This document shows positions 38,568 to 50,692 of a stretch of DNA of 64,000 nt, piece by piece. The stretch covers positions 1,984,001 through 2,048,000 of the forward strand of contig NC_042998.1 in NCBI RefSeq assembly GCF_006345805.1, read 5' to 3'. The notes under the pieces were generated by a model. The model made no database searches and had not been told where the DNA came from. It saw only the letters and a list, made by a program, of their open reading frames with translations. The stretch's first letter is position 1; each line of letters begins with the position of its first letter. The stretch comes from Octopus sinensis (lineage: Eukaryota). Position numbers and translations under genes: made by a program.

Positions 38568-38697
38568 CCCTAACCTTGACAGCATACATATATTTTCTTA
38601 TTTGTTATGCCGTAATGTTTAGGGATAGTAAATGCATATGCTAGTAATCTACTGGTCATCTTCTAGTTGTTACTGGTGACTACTCGGTGCTACATGC
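38568..38697 (+). ncRNA. H/ACA-like copy, lineage A
   Basis: H box ATAGTA 38625-38630; ACA 38692-38694. Confidence 0.82.
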
Positions 38698-38725
38698 TTG
38701 TCACTTCATAGTAATATTATTATGT

Positions 38726-38995
38726 CATCACGTGACCGACCAGTCCATCAGATGTAGTTACACATCGCTGGTCACAATGCGTTCGCATTGTTTTAGCCTT
38801 CGAATGACGCCACCCCGCTGGCTAAGCGAGCAGGCCAACTGACGAAAGAGTGGTGAAAGAGTACAGCAGGGATCACCACCCCTGCCGGAGCCTCGTGGAG
38901 CTTTTTAGGTGTTTTCGCTCAATAAACACAACGCCCGGTCTGGGAGTCACGACCGCGAGTCCGCTGCCCTAACCACTAGGCCATTGCGCCTCCAC
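38726..38995 (-). mobile_element. tRNA-derived SINE, family 3, inserted into the snoRNA array
   Basis: Head GGAGGCGCAATGGCCTAGTGGTTAGGG; 12-bp TSD atatta(t/c)tatgt at 38714-38725 and 38996-39007. Confidence 0.8.
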
Positions 38996-39314
38996 ATATT
39001 ACTATGTACTGACATGTATTTTATCATTTTCTTGTAACTCACTCCTCATCCACGGTTTATTCTAGCTTTTATATTGGGTGATTTGTTTTATTTAGCCTGG
39101 AAAATGTCTTTGTCAATGAATATCCCTTATTTTCATTTTTTATTCATGCTGATGGAGAGTCTAGTGAATATTTTTGTATTCCTTGTACTGAACATATCAT
39201 TATTTCTTTATCATTAGATAATAAATGAAAGGAAACAATGAAAATTGTCAGAAATGTATTTAAAAGACTTTTGCCCTTTGTTTTTCTAACAAATATTACA
39301 ATTTGGAAAAGAAG

Positions 39315-39442
39315 CCCTAACTTTGACAGCATACATATATTTTCTTATTTGTTTGCCGTAATGTTTAGGGATAGTAAATGCACATGCTAGTAATCTGTTG
39401 GTCATCTTCTATTGTTACTGGTATACATATTGTGGTACATGT
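39315..39442 (+). ncRNA. H/ACA-like copy, lineage A
   Basis: H box ATAGTA 39371-39376; ACA 39437-39439; one mismatch in the 3' basal stem. Confidence 0.72.
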
Positions 39443-39763
39443 GCTTTTATTCTGTTCTCAGCAGGTAATATTATGACCATCTGTATTAGTTATAATGTTA
39501 CCTGCAACAGATGCCTATCCTGTCATCAACACTTGTATGTTTCCAAATATAATGTTCCTCTTTGAACATGTTTTCATGGAGAACTGGATACAAATGGTGT
39601 CGTTTACATGAAAATGAAACTTAATCACAACTATCATACAATCTTGAGACATGAAGCCTGCATACATACATACACACACACACAACATACATATATATAC
39701 ACACACACACATACACTCACATTCTTTCCACTTGGTGTCAGTTATAAAGTTTGTTGAAAGAAG

Positions 39764-39890
39764 CCCTGACTTTGAGAGCATACAAAAATTTTGTTATGTT
39801 GTATTGTTAAGTGCTATTAAAAATGCACTTGCTAGTAATCTACTGGATATATTCTTGTTGTTATTGGTTACTATTCAATGTGCTACATGT
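39764..39890 (+). pseudogene. Degenerate H/ACA-like copy, lineage D
   Basis: 5' basal stem and H box are eroded; 3' hairpin and ACA (39885) are retained. Confidence 0.55.
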
Positions 39891-40243
39891 TAAGTTCATC
39901 ACAATACAGACTGAGTGAAATGAAATTAGATACTCCATGGATTAATTTTTTGAAAATCTCCATGTGATCCATGATTCGTGTCTTCTTAAGTCTGTAGAAT
40001 ATTTTTAGCTTCAAGGAATATCTCTTATTTTCATTCCTCATACTGAAAGAGGGTCTTGTAAATGTTTTTACAGAACACATCATTAGATAATTAAAAACAC
40101 GAAGTAATTTAGTGTGGAATTATAATTTAGTGATAGTTCATTTGCATTGCTATTTGGTGGGAATATATTCGAAAGAATTTGCTGTTATCAAAGGTTTTAA
40201 ACTGATTTTCAAACAAAAATTGAAATTTGGAAGGAAAAGAAAA

Positions 40244-40373
40244 CCCTAACTATGTCCCATACTTATATTTTCTTATTTGTTATGCCGTGTGGTCAGGGAC
40301 AGTAAATGCACATGCTAGTAATCTACTGGCTATGATTTAATTGTTACTGGTATACACTAACTGTGCTACATGT
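40244..40373 (+). ncRNA. H/ACA-like copy, lineage B
   Basis: H box ACAGTA 40299-40304; ACA 40368-40370. Confidence 0.75.
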
Positions 40374-41077
40374 ATGTTTATTCTGTTGCCATCAGTATTG
40401 GTTTATTATTGAATCTTCATTATTTTTCATTGTCGTTTTTTGTTTGCTTTTCTATGTTATCATGCTTCCAGTAGGTGTTTTTGGGGCAGTGTTTTGTGGT
40501 GCTAACCCCTGTAGTTGCTGTCTAAAAGCTTTATATTGCATGAATTTATCATACTCATCCACGTTTTAACATCTTTTCCATGCCTGCATGGATTAGATAC
40601 AGTTCATCATTTCTACAAGAGATGCCTGTCCAGTAATCAACACATGCCTGTTTCCAAATATATTTCTCTCTCAGTTTATTATAGTTTTTATATTGGGTAA
40701 TTTCTCTTTGTAATATTTAAGTTCATCACATTAGAGACTGAGTATAATGAAATTAGATACTCTATGGATTAATTTTTTGAAAAGCATCGTGTGATCCATG
40801 ATTAACCATATTTAGTCTAGGATATTTTTAGCTTCAATAAATATCTCTTATTATACTGATAGAGGGTCTTGTAAATATTTTTGAATAGAAGAAATAGATT
40901 TCTTCTACAGAACACATTAGATAATAAAAAATATGAAGTAATTTAGTGTGGAATTATAATTTAGTGATAATTCATTTGCATTGCTATTTGGTAGGAATAT
41001 ACTTGGAAGAATTTGCTGTTATCAAAGGTTTTAAACTGTTTTTCCAACAAATATTGAAATTTGGAAGGAAAAGAAAA

Positions 41078-41207
41078 CCCTAACTATGTCCCATACTTAT
41101 ATTTTCTTATTTGTTATGCCGTGTGGTCAGGGACAGTAAATGCACATGCTAGTAATCTACTGGCTATGATTTAATTGTTACTGGTATACACTAACTGTGC
41201 TACATGT
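41078..41207 (+). ncRNA. H/ACA-like copy, lineage B
   Basis: Core identical to the copy at 40244. Confidence 0.75.
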
Positions 41208-41508
41208 TTGTTTATTCTGTTGCCATCAGTATTGGTTTATTATTGAATCTTCATTATTTTTCATTGTCGTTTTTTGTTTGCTTTTCTATGTTATCATGCT
41301 TCCAATATGTGTTTTTGGGGCAGTGTTTTGTGGTGCTAACCCCTGTAGTTGCTGTCTAAAAGCTTTATATTGCATGAATTTATCATACTCATCCACGTTT
41401 TAACTTTTTTTCCATGCCTGCATGGATTAGATAAAGTTCATCATAGCAGAATATAATTGAAACTCATGAAGCGTGTATTTTGGTCAGAAATATAGTAACG
41501 AAAGGGCT

Positions 41509-42112
41509 TGTAGCGAACTTAGTGAGCGAATATCTTCTCTTGTACTTTCGGGGTACAAGAAAGCAATCACTAGCCGTTGCTTTAATAATCCAGAATTCTA
41601 CCAGTCAGAAACAACAAGACGCAGACGTAAAATATATATATATACTACTTTATTCTCTTTCTTGGTAACAATAACAATAAGTGGTTATCTGATGTCCTTG
41701 GTTCGGGGCGCGCAAGGCTGAAAGTTAATCGATTGTAATATTTACAATATTCAGCCGCTAAAACCAGAACGGGTTCAAGATGGCGTCGAACAGGGAGACG
41801 ATGTTGGTCTGCAACAATCTGGTTAAAGGCCTTTTGGTAAGGACTGCTAGAAGCAAGTTCGAACGGAGAGAAAATATGCGTGACCGCCTCCTTCAGTCGC
41901 AGCTGTCCCAAGTCCCCGCTGACTGCTGCCAGTGGTCAAACGTTCTACGACCCCCTTGCCTCGGCTAACTGCTACGTAGGCAAAAGGGTTCTTCTTCCGG
42001 TGCTTCGCGCATGCGCGAGAGGGCCCTTCCTCTCTCTGCCTTGGTAAAGGCACCAACACGCGCGAAATACAAATGGATGGTGCGCTAGCGCGCCGTTGTA
42101 ATATCACTTGCA
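41509..42112 (-). mobile_element. Solo LTR (Gypsy-like)
   Basis: TG...CA termini with short inverted ends, 4-bp TSD GGCT, GC-rich end at 42112, AATAAA on the minus strand. Units lacking it show a single GGCT. Confidence 0.8.
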
Positions 42113-42348
42113 GGCTAAAGAAGTGGCTACTGATTTCACTTGAGTATTAATTCTTAGTCCTATGATAACTGTGAATGAAAGAACAAACTCTCTTTCATCA
42201 TTAAGATATCCTTGAATGCTTCATCCGCAATATGAAGCCATCGAATGTTAATCTGCAACTAAAATTGTCAATCATTAGAATAAGAGATTTTGCTCTTAAG
42301 TTTTCAACTTTTTCTGACAAATATTGAAATTTGGTGGGGGAGAAAAAC

Positions 42349-42474
42349 CCCTAACTTTTGACAGCATGCATATATTTTCTTATTTGTTATGCCGTAATGT
42401 TTAGGGATAGTAAATGCACATGCATCTACTGGTTATATTCTAATTGTTACTGGTACATATACTGTGCTACATGT
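42349..42474 (+). ncRNA. H/ACA-like copy, lineage C (5-nt deletion in 3' hairpin)
   Basis: H box ATAGTA 42407-42412; ACA 42469-42471. Confidence 0.7.
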
Positions 42475-43126
42475 GTTGTTTTACTTTATTCTATTGTCAG
42501 CAAGTAATATTATGACCATCTGCATTGGTTTATTCTAGAATCTCTCTTTTTTGTTCATCATTTTTATGTCTTTTCCATGTTGTCATGATTTCAATGGAAA
42601 TTTTTTCAGCAGTTTTTTCTGGTACTAACCCTTGTAGTTGCTGTCAGGAAGCTTTTTATTGCATGAATTTGTCCTATTTTGCAGACCCATGTTTGCATGG
42701 GTCCTGCAAAATTACATTGGCACAAATTTTCTACAGCTTCACCGATTTCCAAATAGATATTTTTCTATCTCATAGTACATACAAGAATGGCTTTCATTTC
42801 TTTAATGGTGTCATACCACTTTCTATTGGGCTGCTGTATTTTTCATGCATCTGTTTGGGAAAACTGCTCTTCAAAATCTTATCTCATTTTTGTGAGGGTC
42901 TTGGCAGCATATAAGTCAGTTATAAAATTTGTTGAAAAATCCCTGACTTTGAGAGCATAAGGATATTGTGTTGTATAGTTTAGAGATAAGTGTAAGAGGT
43001 TGGGTCTGGCAAGTTTGAATATAGAAGAGCTAGAATATTTGAACTAGATGTCTAATGCTAAATTACATACATACACACATACTAAACCACGTACTAACTG
43101 TTACTTTCTCAGATGCAGCATGGAAT

Positions 43127-43177
43127 TTTGTCAGTGAACAGGTCGTGCTCTCAGAGCGACGAAAATATTTTGGCAAA
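43127..43177 (+). ncRNA. Minimal type I hammerhead ribozyme motif, G3:C8 variant
   Basis: UUUGUCA-GUGAACA-G-GUCGU(loop)GCGAC-GAAA-AUAU-UU-UGGCAAA; palindromic stem III AAUAUU; predicted cleavage after 43170. Confidence 0.7.
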
Positions 43178-43446
43178 TTAAATTTAAATGTTGAAGTGAA
43201 TCTAACGGTTTTTGTGTGTTTCTTATAAACACCTTCCATGCTGCAATTGTTTTAAAAGATCATTTTGAAATAATAATTTCACCTACTAAACATTTAGATG
43301 ATAAATGATATGAAATAATTTAGAAATAGTGTAGATCTGAAGTGTATACTGATATTCATCTGCATTGCCTTTCATTGGAAATGTACTTAAAAGATTTTGC
43401 TAAGTTTTAAACTGTTTTTCTAACAGAAGTTGAAGTTGGGGAGAAG

Positions 43447-43578
43447 CCCTGACAATGAACCATACATATATTTATATATATATGTTGTGCCGTGCGTTCA
43501 GGGACAGTAAGTGCACATGCTAGTAATCGACTGGCTATGATCTAATTGTTACTGGTATACACTAACTGTGCTACATGT
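43447..43578 (+). ncRNA. H/ACA-like copy, lineage E
   Basis: Basal stem CCCTGA/TCAGGG (compensatory change); H box ACAGTA 43504-43509; ACA 43573-43575. Confidence 0.75.
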
Positions 43579-44227
43579 ATGTTTATTCTGTTGCCATCAG
43601 TATTGGTTTATTATTGAATCTTCATTATTTTTCATTGTCGTCTTTTGTTTGCTTTTCTATGTTATCATGCTTCCAGTAGGTGTTTTTGGGGCAGTGTTTT
43701 GTGGTGCTAACCCCTGTAGTTGCTGTCTAAAGGCTTTATATTGCATGAATTTATCATACTCATCCACGTTTTAACATCTTTTCCATGCCTGCATGGATTA
43801 GATACAGTTCATCATTTCTACAAGAGATGCCTGTCCAGTAATCAACACATGCCTGTTTCCAAATATATTTCTCTCTCAGTTTATTATAGTTTTTATATTG
43901 GGTAATTTCTCTTTGTAATATTTAAGTTCATCACATTAGAGACTGAGTATAATGAAATTAGATAGTCTAGGATATTTTTAGCTTCAATAAATATCTCTTA
44001 TTATACTGATAGAGGGTCTTGTAAATATTTTTGAATAGAAGAAATAGATTTCTTCTACAGAACACATTAGATAATAAAAAATATGATGTAATTTAGTGTG
44101 GAATTATAATTTAGTGATAATTCATTTGCATTGCTATTTGGTAGGAATATACTTGGAAGAATTTGCTGTTATCAAAGGTTTTAAACTGTTTTTCCAACAA
44201 ATATTGAAATTTGGAAGGAAAAGAAAA

Positions 44228-44357
44228 CCCTAACTATGTCCCATGCTTATATTTTCTTATTTGTTATGCCGTGTGGTCAGGGACAGTAAATGCACATGCT
44301 AGTAATCTACTGGCTATGATTTAATTGTTACTGGTATACACTAACTGTGCTACATGT
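44228..44357 (+). ncRNA. H/ACA-like copy, lineage B
   Basis: Higher-order-repeat copy with both boxes intact. Confidence 0.75.
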
Positions 44358-44890
44358 TTGTTTATTCTGTTGCCATCAGTATTGGTTTATTATTGAATGT
44401 TCATTATTTTTCATTGTCGTTTTTTGTTTGCTTTTCTATGTTATCATGCTTCCAATATGTGCTTTTGGGGCAGTGTTTTGTGGTGCTAACCCCTGTAGTT
44501 GCTGTCTAAAAGCTTTATATTGCATGAATTTATCATACTCGTCCACGTTTTAACTTTTTTTCCATGCCTGCATGGATTAGATAAAGTTCATCATAGCAGA
44601 ATATAATTGAAATTCATGAGGGGTGTATTTTGGTCAGAAATATAGTAATGAAAGGGCTAAAGAAGTGGCTACTGATTTCACTTGAGTATTAATTCTTAGT
44701 CCTATGATAACTGTGAATGAAAGAACAAACTCTCTTTCATCATTAAGATATCCTTGAATGCTTCATCCGCAATATGAAGCCATCGAATGTTAATCTGCAA
44801 CTAAAATTGTCAATCATTAGAATAAGAGATTTTGCTCTTAAGTTTTCAACTTTTTCTGACAAATATTGAAATTTGGTGGGGGAGAAAAAC

Positions 44891-45016
44891 CCCTAACTTT
44901 TGACAGCATGCATATATTTTCTTATTTGTTATGCCGTAATGTTTAGGGATAGTAAATGCACATGCATCTACTGGTTATATTCTAATTGTTACTGGTACAT
45001 ATACTGTGCTACATGT
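44891..45016 (+). ncRNA. H/ACA-like copy, lineage C
   Basis: Higher-order-repeat copy with both boxes intact. Confidence 0.7.
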
Positions 45017-45667
45017 GTTGTTTTACTTTATTCTATTGTCAGCAAGTAATATTATGACCATCTGCATTGGTTTATTCTAGAATCTCTTTTTTTGTTCATC
45101 ATTTTTATGTCTTTTCCATGTTGTCATGATTTCAATGGAAATTTTTTCAGCAGTTTTTTCTGGTACTAACCCTTGTAGTTGCTGTCAGGAAGCTTTTTAT
45201 TGCATGAATTTGTCCTATTTTGCAGACCCATGTTTGCATGGGTCCTGCAAAATTACATTGGCACAAATTTTCTACAGCTTCACCGATTTCCAAATAGATA
45301 TTTTTCTATCTCATAGTACATACAAGAATGGCTTTCATTTCTTTAATGGTGTCATACCACTTTCTATTGGGCTGCTGTATTTTTCATGCATCTGTTTGGG
45401 AAAACTGCTCTTCAAAATCTTATCTCATTTTTGTGAGGGTCTTGGCAGCATATAAGTCAGTTATAAAATTTGTTGAAAAATCCCTGACTTTGAGAGCATA
45501 AGGATATTGTGTTGTATAGTTTAGAGATAAGTGTAAGAGGTTGGGTCTGGCAAGTTTGAATATAGAAGAGCTAGAATATTTGAACTAGATGTCTAATGCT
45601 AAATTACATACATACACACATACTAAACCACGTACTAACTGTTACTTTCTCAGATGCAGCATGGAAT

Positions 45668-45717
45668 TTTGTCAGTGAACAGGTCGTGCTCTCAGAGCGA
45701 CGAAAATATTTGGCAAA
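45668..45717 (+). ncRNA. Hammerhead G3:C8 motif lacking one U at the cleavage site
   Basis: As 43127 but GAAAAUAUUUGGC (three U instead of four); either a real lesion or a homopolymer error. Confidence 0.5.
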
Positions 45718-45986
45718 TTAAATTTAAATGTTGAAGTGAATCTAACGGTTTTTGTGTGTTTCTTATAAACACCTTCCATGCTGCAATTGTTTTAAAAGAT
45801 CATTTTGAAATAATAATTTCACCTACTAAACATTTAGATGATAAATGATATGAAATAATTTAGAAATAGTGTAGATCTGAAGTGTATACTGATATTCATC
45901 TGCATTGCCTTTCATTGGAAATGTACTTAAAAGATTTTGCTAAGTTTTAAACTGTTTTTCTAACAGAAGTTGAAGTTGGGGAGAAG

Positions 45987-46118
45987 CCCTGACAATGAAC
46001 CATACATATATTTATATATATATGTTGTGCCGTGCGTTCAGGGACAGTAAGTGCACATGCTAGTAATCGACTGGCTATGATCTAATTGTTACTGGTATAC
46101 ACTAACTGTGCTACATGT
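45987..46118 (+). ncRNA. H/ACA-like copy, lineage E
   Basis: Higher-order-repeat copy with both boxes intact. Confidence 0.75.
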
Positions 46119-46823
46119 ATGTTTATTCTGTTGCCATCAGTATTGGTTTATTATTGAATCTTCATTATTTTTCATTGTCGTCTTTTGTTTGCTTTTCTAT
46201 GTTATCATGCTTCCAGTAGGTGTTTTTGGGGCAGTGTTTTGTGGTGCTAACCCCTGTAGTTGCTGTCTAAAGGCTTTATATTGCATGAATTTATCATACT
46301 CATCCACGTTTTAACATCTTTTCCATGCCTGCATGGATTAGATACAGTTCATCATTTCTACAAGAGATGCCTGTCCAGTAATCAACACATGCCTGTTTCC
46401 AAATATATTTCTCTCTCAGTTTATTATAGTTTTATATTGGGTAATTTCTCTTTGTAATATTTAAGTTCATCACATTAGAGACTGAGTATAATGAAATTAG
46501 ATACTCTATGGATAATTTTTTGAAAAGCATCATGTGATCCATGATTAACCATATTTAGTCTAGGATATTTTTAGCTTCAATAAATATCTCTTATTATACT
46601 GATAGAGGGTCTTGTAAATATTTTTGAATAGAAGAAATAGATTTCTTCTACAGAACACATCATTAGATAATAAAAAATATGATGTAATTTAGTGTGGAAT
46701 TATAATTTAGTGATAATTCATTTGCATTGCTATTTGGTAGGAATATACTTGGAAGAATTTGCTGTTATCAAAGGTTTTAAACTGTTTTTCCAACAAATAT
46801 TGAAATTTGGAAGGAAAAGAAAA

Positions 46824-46953
46824 CCCTAACTATGTCCCATGCTTATATTTTCTTATTTGTTATGCCGTGTGGTCAGGGACAGTAAATGCACATGCTAGTA
46901 ATCTACTGGCTATGATTTAATTGTTACTGGTATACACTAACTGTGCTACATGT
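46824..46953 (+). ncRNA. H/ACA-like copy, lineage B
   Basis: Higher-order-repeat copy with both boxes intact. Confidence 0.75.
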
Positions 46954-47485
46954 TTGTTTATTCTGTTGCCATCAGTATTGGTTTATTATTGAATCTTCAT
47001 TATTTTTCATTGTCGTTTTTTGTTTGCTTTTCTATGTTATCATGCTTCCAATATGTGCTTTTGGGCAGTGTTTTGTGGTGCTAACCCCTGTAGTTGCTGT
47101 CTAAAAGCTTTATATTGCATGAATTTATCATACTCGTCCACGTTTTAACTTTTTTTCCATGCCTGCATGGATTAGATAAAGTTCATCATAGCAGAATATA
47201 ATTGAAATTCATGAGGGGTGTATTTTGGTCAGAAATATAGTAATGAAAGGGCTAAAGAAGTGGCTACTGATTTCACTTGAGTATTAATTCTTAGTCCTAT
47301 GATAACTGTGAATGAAAGAACAAACTCTCTTTCATCATTAAGATATCCTTGAATGCTTCATCCGCAATATGAAGCCATCGAATGTTAATCTGGAACTAAA
47401 ATTGTCAATCATTAGAATAAGAGATTTTGCTCTTAAGTTTTCAACTTTTTCTGACAAATATTGAAATTTGGTGGGGGAGAAAAAC

Positions 47486-47611
47486 CCCTAACTTTTGACA
47501 GCATGCATATATTTTCTTATTTGTTATGCCGTAATGTTTAGGGATAGTAAATGCACATGCATCTACTGGTTATATTCTAATTGTTACTGGTACATATACT
47601 GTGCTACATGT
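47486..47611 (+). ncRNA. H/ACA-like copy, lineage C
   Basis: Higher-order-repeat copy with both boxes intact. Confidence 0.7.
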
Positions 47612-48262
47612 GTTGTTTTACTTTATTCTATTGTCAGCAAGTAATATTATGACCATCTGCATTGGTTTATTCTAGAATCTCTCTTTTTTGTTCATCATTT
47701 TTATGTCTTTTCCATGTTGTCATGATTTCAATGGAAATTTTTTCAGCAGTTTTTTCTGGTACTAACCCTTGTAGTTGCTGTCAGGAAGCTTTTTATTGCA
47801 TGAATTTGTCCTATTTTGCAGACCCATGTTTGCATGGGTCCTGCAAAATTACATTGGCACAAATTTTCTACAGCTTCACCGATTTCCAAATAGATATTTT
47901 TCTATCTCATAGTACATACAAGAATGGCTTTCATTTCTTTAATGGTGTCATACCACTTTCTATTGGGCTGCTGTATTTTTCATGCATCTGTTTGGGAAAA
48001 CTGCTCTTCAAAATCTTCTCTCATTTTTGTGAGGGTTTTGGCAGCATATAAGTCAGTTATAAAATTTGTTGAAAAATCCCTGACTTTGAGAGCATAAGGA
48101 TATTGTGTTGTATAGTTTAGAGATAAGTGTAAGAGGTTGGGTCTGGCAAGTTTGAATATAAAAGAGCTAGAATATTTGAACTAGATGTCTAATGCTAAAT
48201 TACATACATACACACATACATACCACGTACTAACTGTTACTTTCTCAGATGCAGCATGGAAT

Positions 48263-48313
48263 TTTGTCAGTGAACAGGTCGTGCTCTCAGAGCGACGAAA
48301 ATATTTTGGCAAA
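48263..48313 (+). ncRNA. Hammerhead G3:C8 motif
   Basis: Identical to 43127-43177. Confidence 0.7.
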
Positions 48314-48581
48314 TTAAATTTAAATGTTGAAGTGAATCTAACGGTTTTGTGTGTTTCTTATAAACACCTTCCATGCTGCAATTGTTTTAAAAGATCATTT
48401 TGAAATAATAATTTCACCTACTAAACATTTAGATGATAAATGATATGAAATAATTTAGAAATAGTGTAGATCTGAAGTGTAAACTGATATTCATCTGCAT
48501 TGCCTTTCATTGGAAATGTACTTAAAAGATTTTGCTAAGTTTTAAACTGTTTTTCTAACAGAAGTTGAAGTTGGGGAGAAG

Positions 48582-48711
48582 CCCTGACAATGAACCATAC
48601 ATATATTTATATATATGTTGTGCCGTGCGTTCAGGGACAGTAAGTGCACATGCTAGTAATCGACTGGCTATGATCTAATTGTTACTGGTATACACTAACT
48701 GTGCTACATGT
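48582..48711 (+). ncRNA. H/ACA-like copy, lineage E
   Basis: Higher-order-repeat copy with both boxes intact. Confidence 0.75.
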
Positions 48712-49420
48712 ATGTTTATTCTGTTGCCATCAGTATTGGTTTATTATTGAATCTTCATTATTTTTCATTGTCGTCTTTTGTTTGCTTTTCTATGTTATCA
48801 TGCTTCCAGTAGGTGTTTTTGGGGCAGTGTTTTGTGGTGCTAACCCCTGTAGTTGCTGTCTAAAAGCTTTATATTGCATGAATTTATCATACTCATCCAC
48901 GTTTTAACATCTTTTCCATGCCTGCATGGATTAGATACAGTTCATCATTTCTACAAGAGATGCCTGTCCAGTAATCAACACATGCCTGTTTCCAAATATA
49001 TTTCTCTCTCAGTTTATTATAGTTTTTATATTGGGTAATTTCTCTTTGTAATATTTAAGTTCATCACATTAGAGACTGAGTATAATGAAATTAGATACTC
49101 TATGGATTAATTTTTTGAAAAGCATCATGTGATCCATGATTAACCATATTTAGTCTAGGATATTTTTAGCTTCAATAAATATCTCTTATTATACTGATAG
49201 AGGGTCTTGTAAATATTTTTGAATAGAAGAAATAGATTTCTTCTACAGAACACATCATTAGATAATAAAAATATGATGTAATTTAGTGTGGAATTAATAT
49301 AATTTAGTGATAATTCATTTGCATTGCTATTTGGTAGGAATATACTTGGAAGAATTTGCTGTTATCAAAGGTTTTAAACTGTTTTTCCAACAAATATTGA
49401 AATTTGGAAGGAAAAGAAAA

Positions 49421-49550
49421 CCCTAACTATGTCCCATGCTTATATTTTCTTATTTGTTATGCCGTGTGGTCAGGGACAGTAAATGCACATGCTAGTAATC
49501 TACTGGCTATGATTTAATTGTTACTGGTATACACTAACTGTGCTACATGT
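49421..49550 (+). ncRNA. H/ACA-like copy, lineage B
   Basis: Higher-order-repeat copy with both boxes intact. Confidence 0.75.
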
Positions 49551-49851
49551 TTGTTTATTCTGTTGCCATCAGTATTGGTTTATTATTGAATCTTCATTAT
49601 TTTTCATTGTCGTTTTTTGTTTGCTTTTCTATGTTATCATGCTTCCAATATGTGCTTTTGGGGCAGTGTTTTGTGGTGCTAACCCCTGTAGTTGCTGTCT
49701 AAAAGCTTTATATTGCATGAATTTATCATACTCATCCACGTTTTAACTTTTTTTCCATGCCTGCATGGATTAGATAAAGTTCATCATAGCAGAATATAAT
49801 TGAAACTCATGAGGGGTGTATTTTGGTCAGAAATATAGTAACGAAAGGGCT

Positions 49852-50456
49852 TGTAACGAACTTAGTGAGCGAATATCTTCTCTTGTACTTTCGGGGTACA
49901 AGAAAGCAATCACTAGCCGTTGCTTTAATAATCCAGAATTCTACCAGTCAGAAACAACAAGACGCAGATGTAAAATATATATATATACTACTTTATTCTC
50001 TTTCTTGGTAACAATAACGATAAGTGGTTATCTGATGTCCTTGGTTCGGGGCGCGCAAGGCTGAAAGTTAATCGATTGTAATATTTACAATATTCAGCCG
50101 CTAAAACCAGAACGGGTTCAAGATGGCGTCGAACAGGGAGACGATGTTGGTCTGCAACAATCTGGTTAAAGGCCTTTTGGTAAGGACTGCTAGAAGCAAG
50201 TTCGAACGGAGAGAAAATATGCGTGACCGCCTCCTTCAGTCGCAGCTGTCCCAAGTCCCCGCTGACTGCTGCCAGTGGTCAAACGTTCTACGACCCCCTT
50301 GCCTCGGCTAACTGCTACGTAGGCAAAAGGGTTCTTCTTCCAGTGCTTCGCGCATGCGCGAGAGGGCCCTTCCTCTCTCTGCCTTGGTAAAGGCACCAAC
50401 ACGCGCGAAATACAAATGGACGGTGCGCGAGCGCGCGCCGTTATAGGATCACTACA
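49852..50456 (-). mobile_element. Solo LTR, duplicate within the array
   Basis: TGTAACGA...TCACTACA, GGCT TSD, same insertion site as the copy at 41509. Confidence 0.8.
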
Positions 50457-50692
50457 GGCTAAAGAAGTGGCTACTGATTTCACTTGAGTATTAATTCTTA
50501 GTCCTATGATAACTGTGAATGAAAGAACAAACTCTCTTTCATCATTAAGATATCCTTGAATGCTTCATCCGCAATATGAAGCCATCGAATGTTAATCTGG
50601 AACTAAAATTGTCAATCATTAGAATAAGAGATTTTGCTCTTAAGTTTTCAACTTTTTCTGACAAATATTGAAATTTGGTGGGGGAGAAAAAC

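Noticed and set aside
41690-42110. GC-rich segment with YY1/NRF1/ETS-like motifs and ORF MASNRETML... as a captured gene promoter or first exon
   Set aside because: Better explained as a solo LTR (TG..CA termini, 4-bp TSD, clean empty sites).
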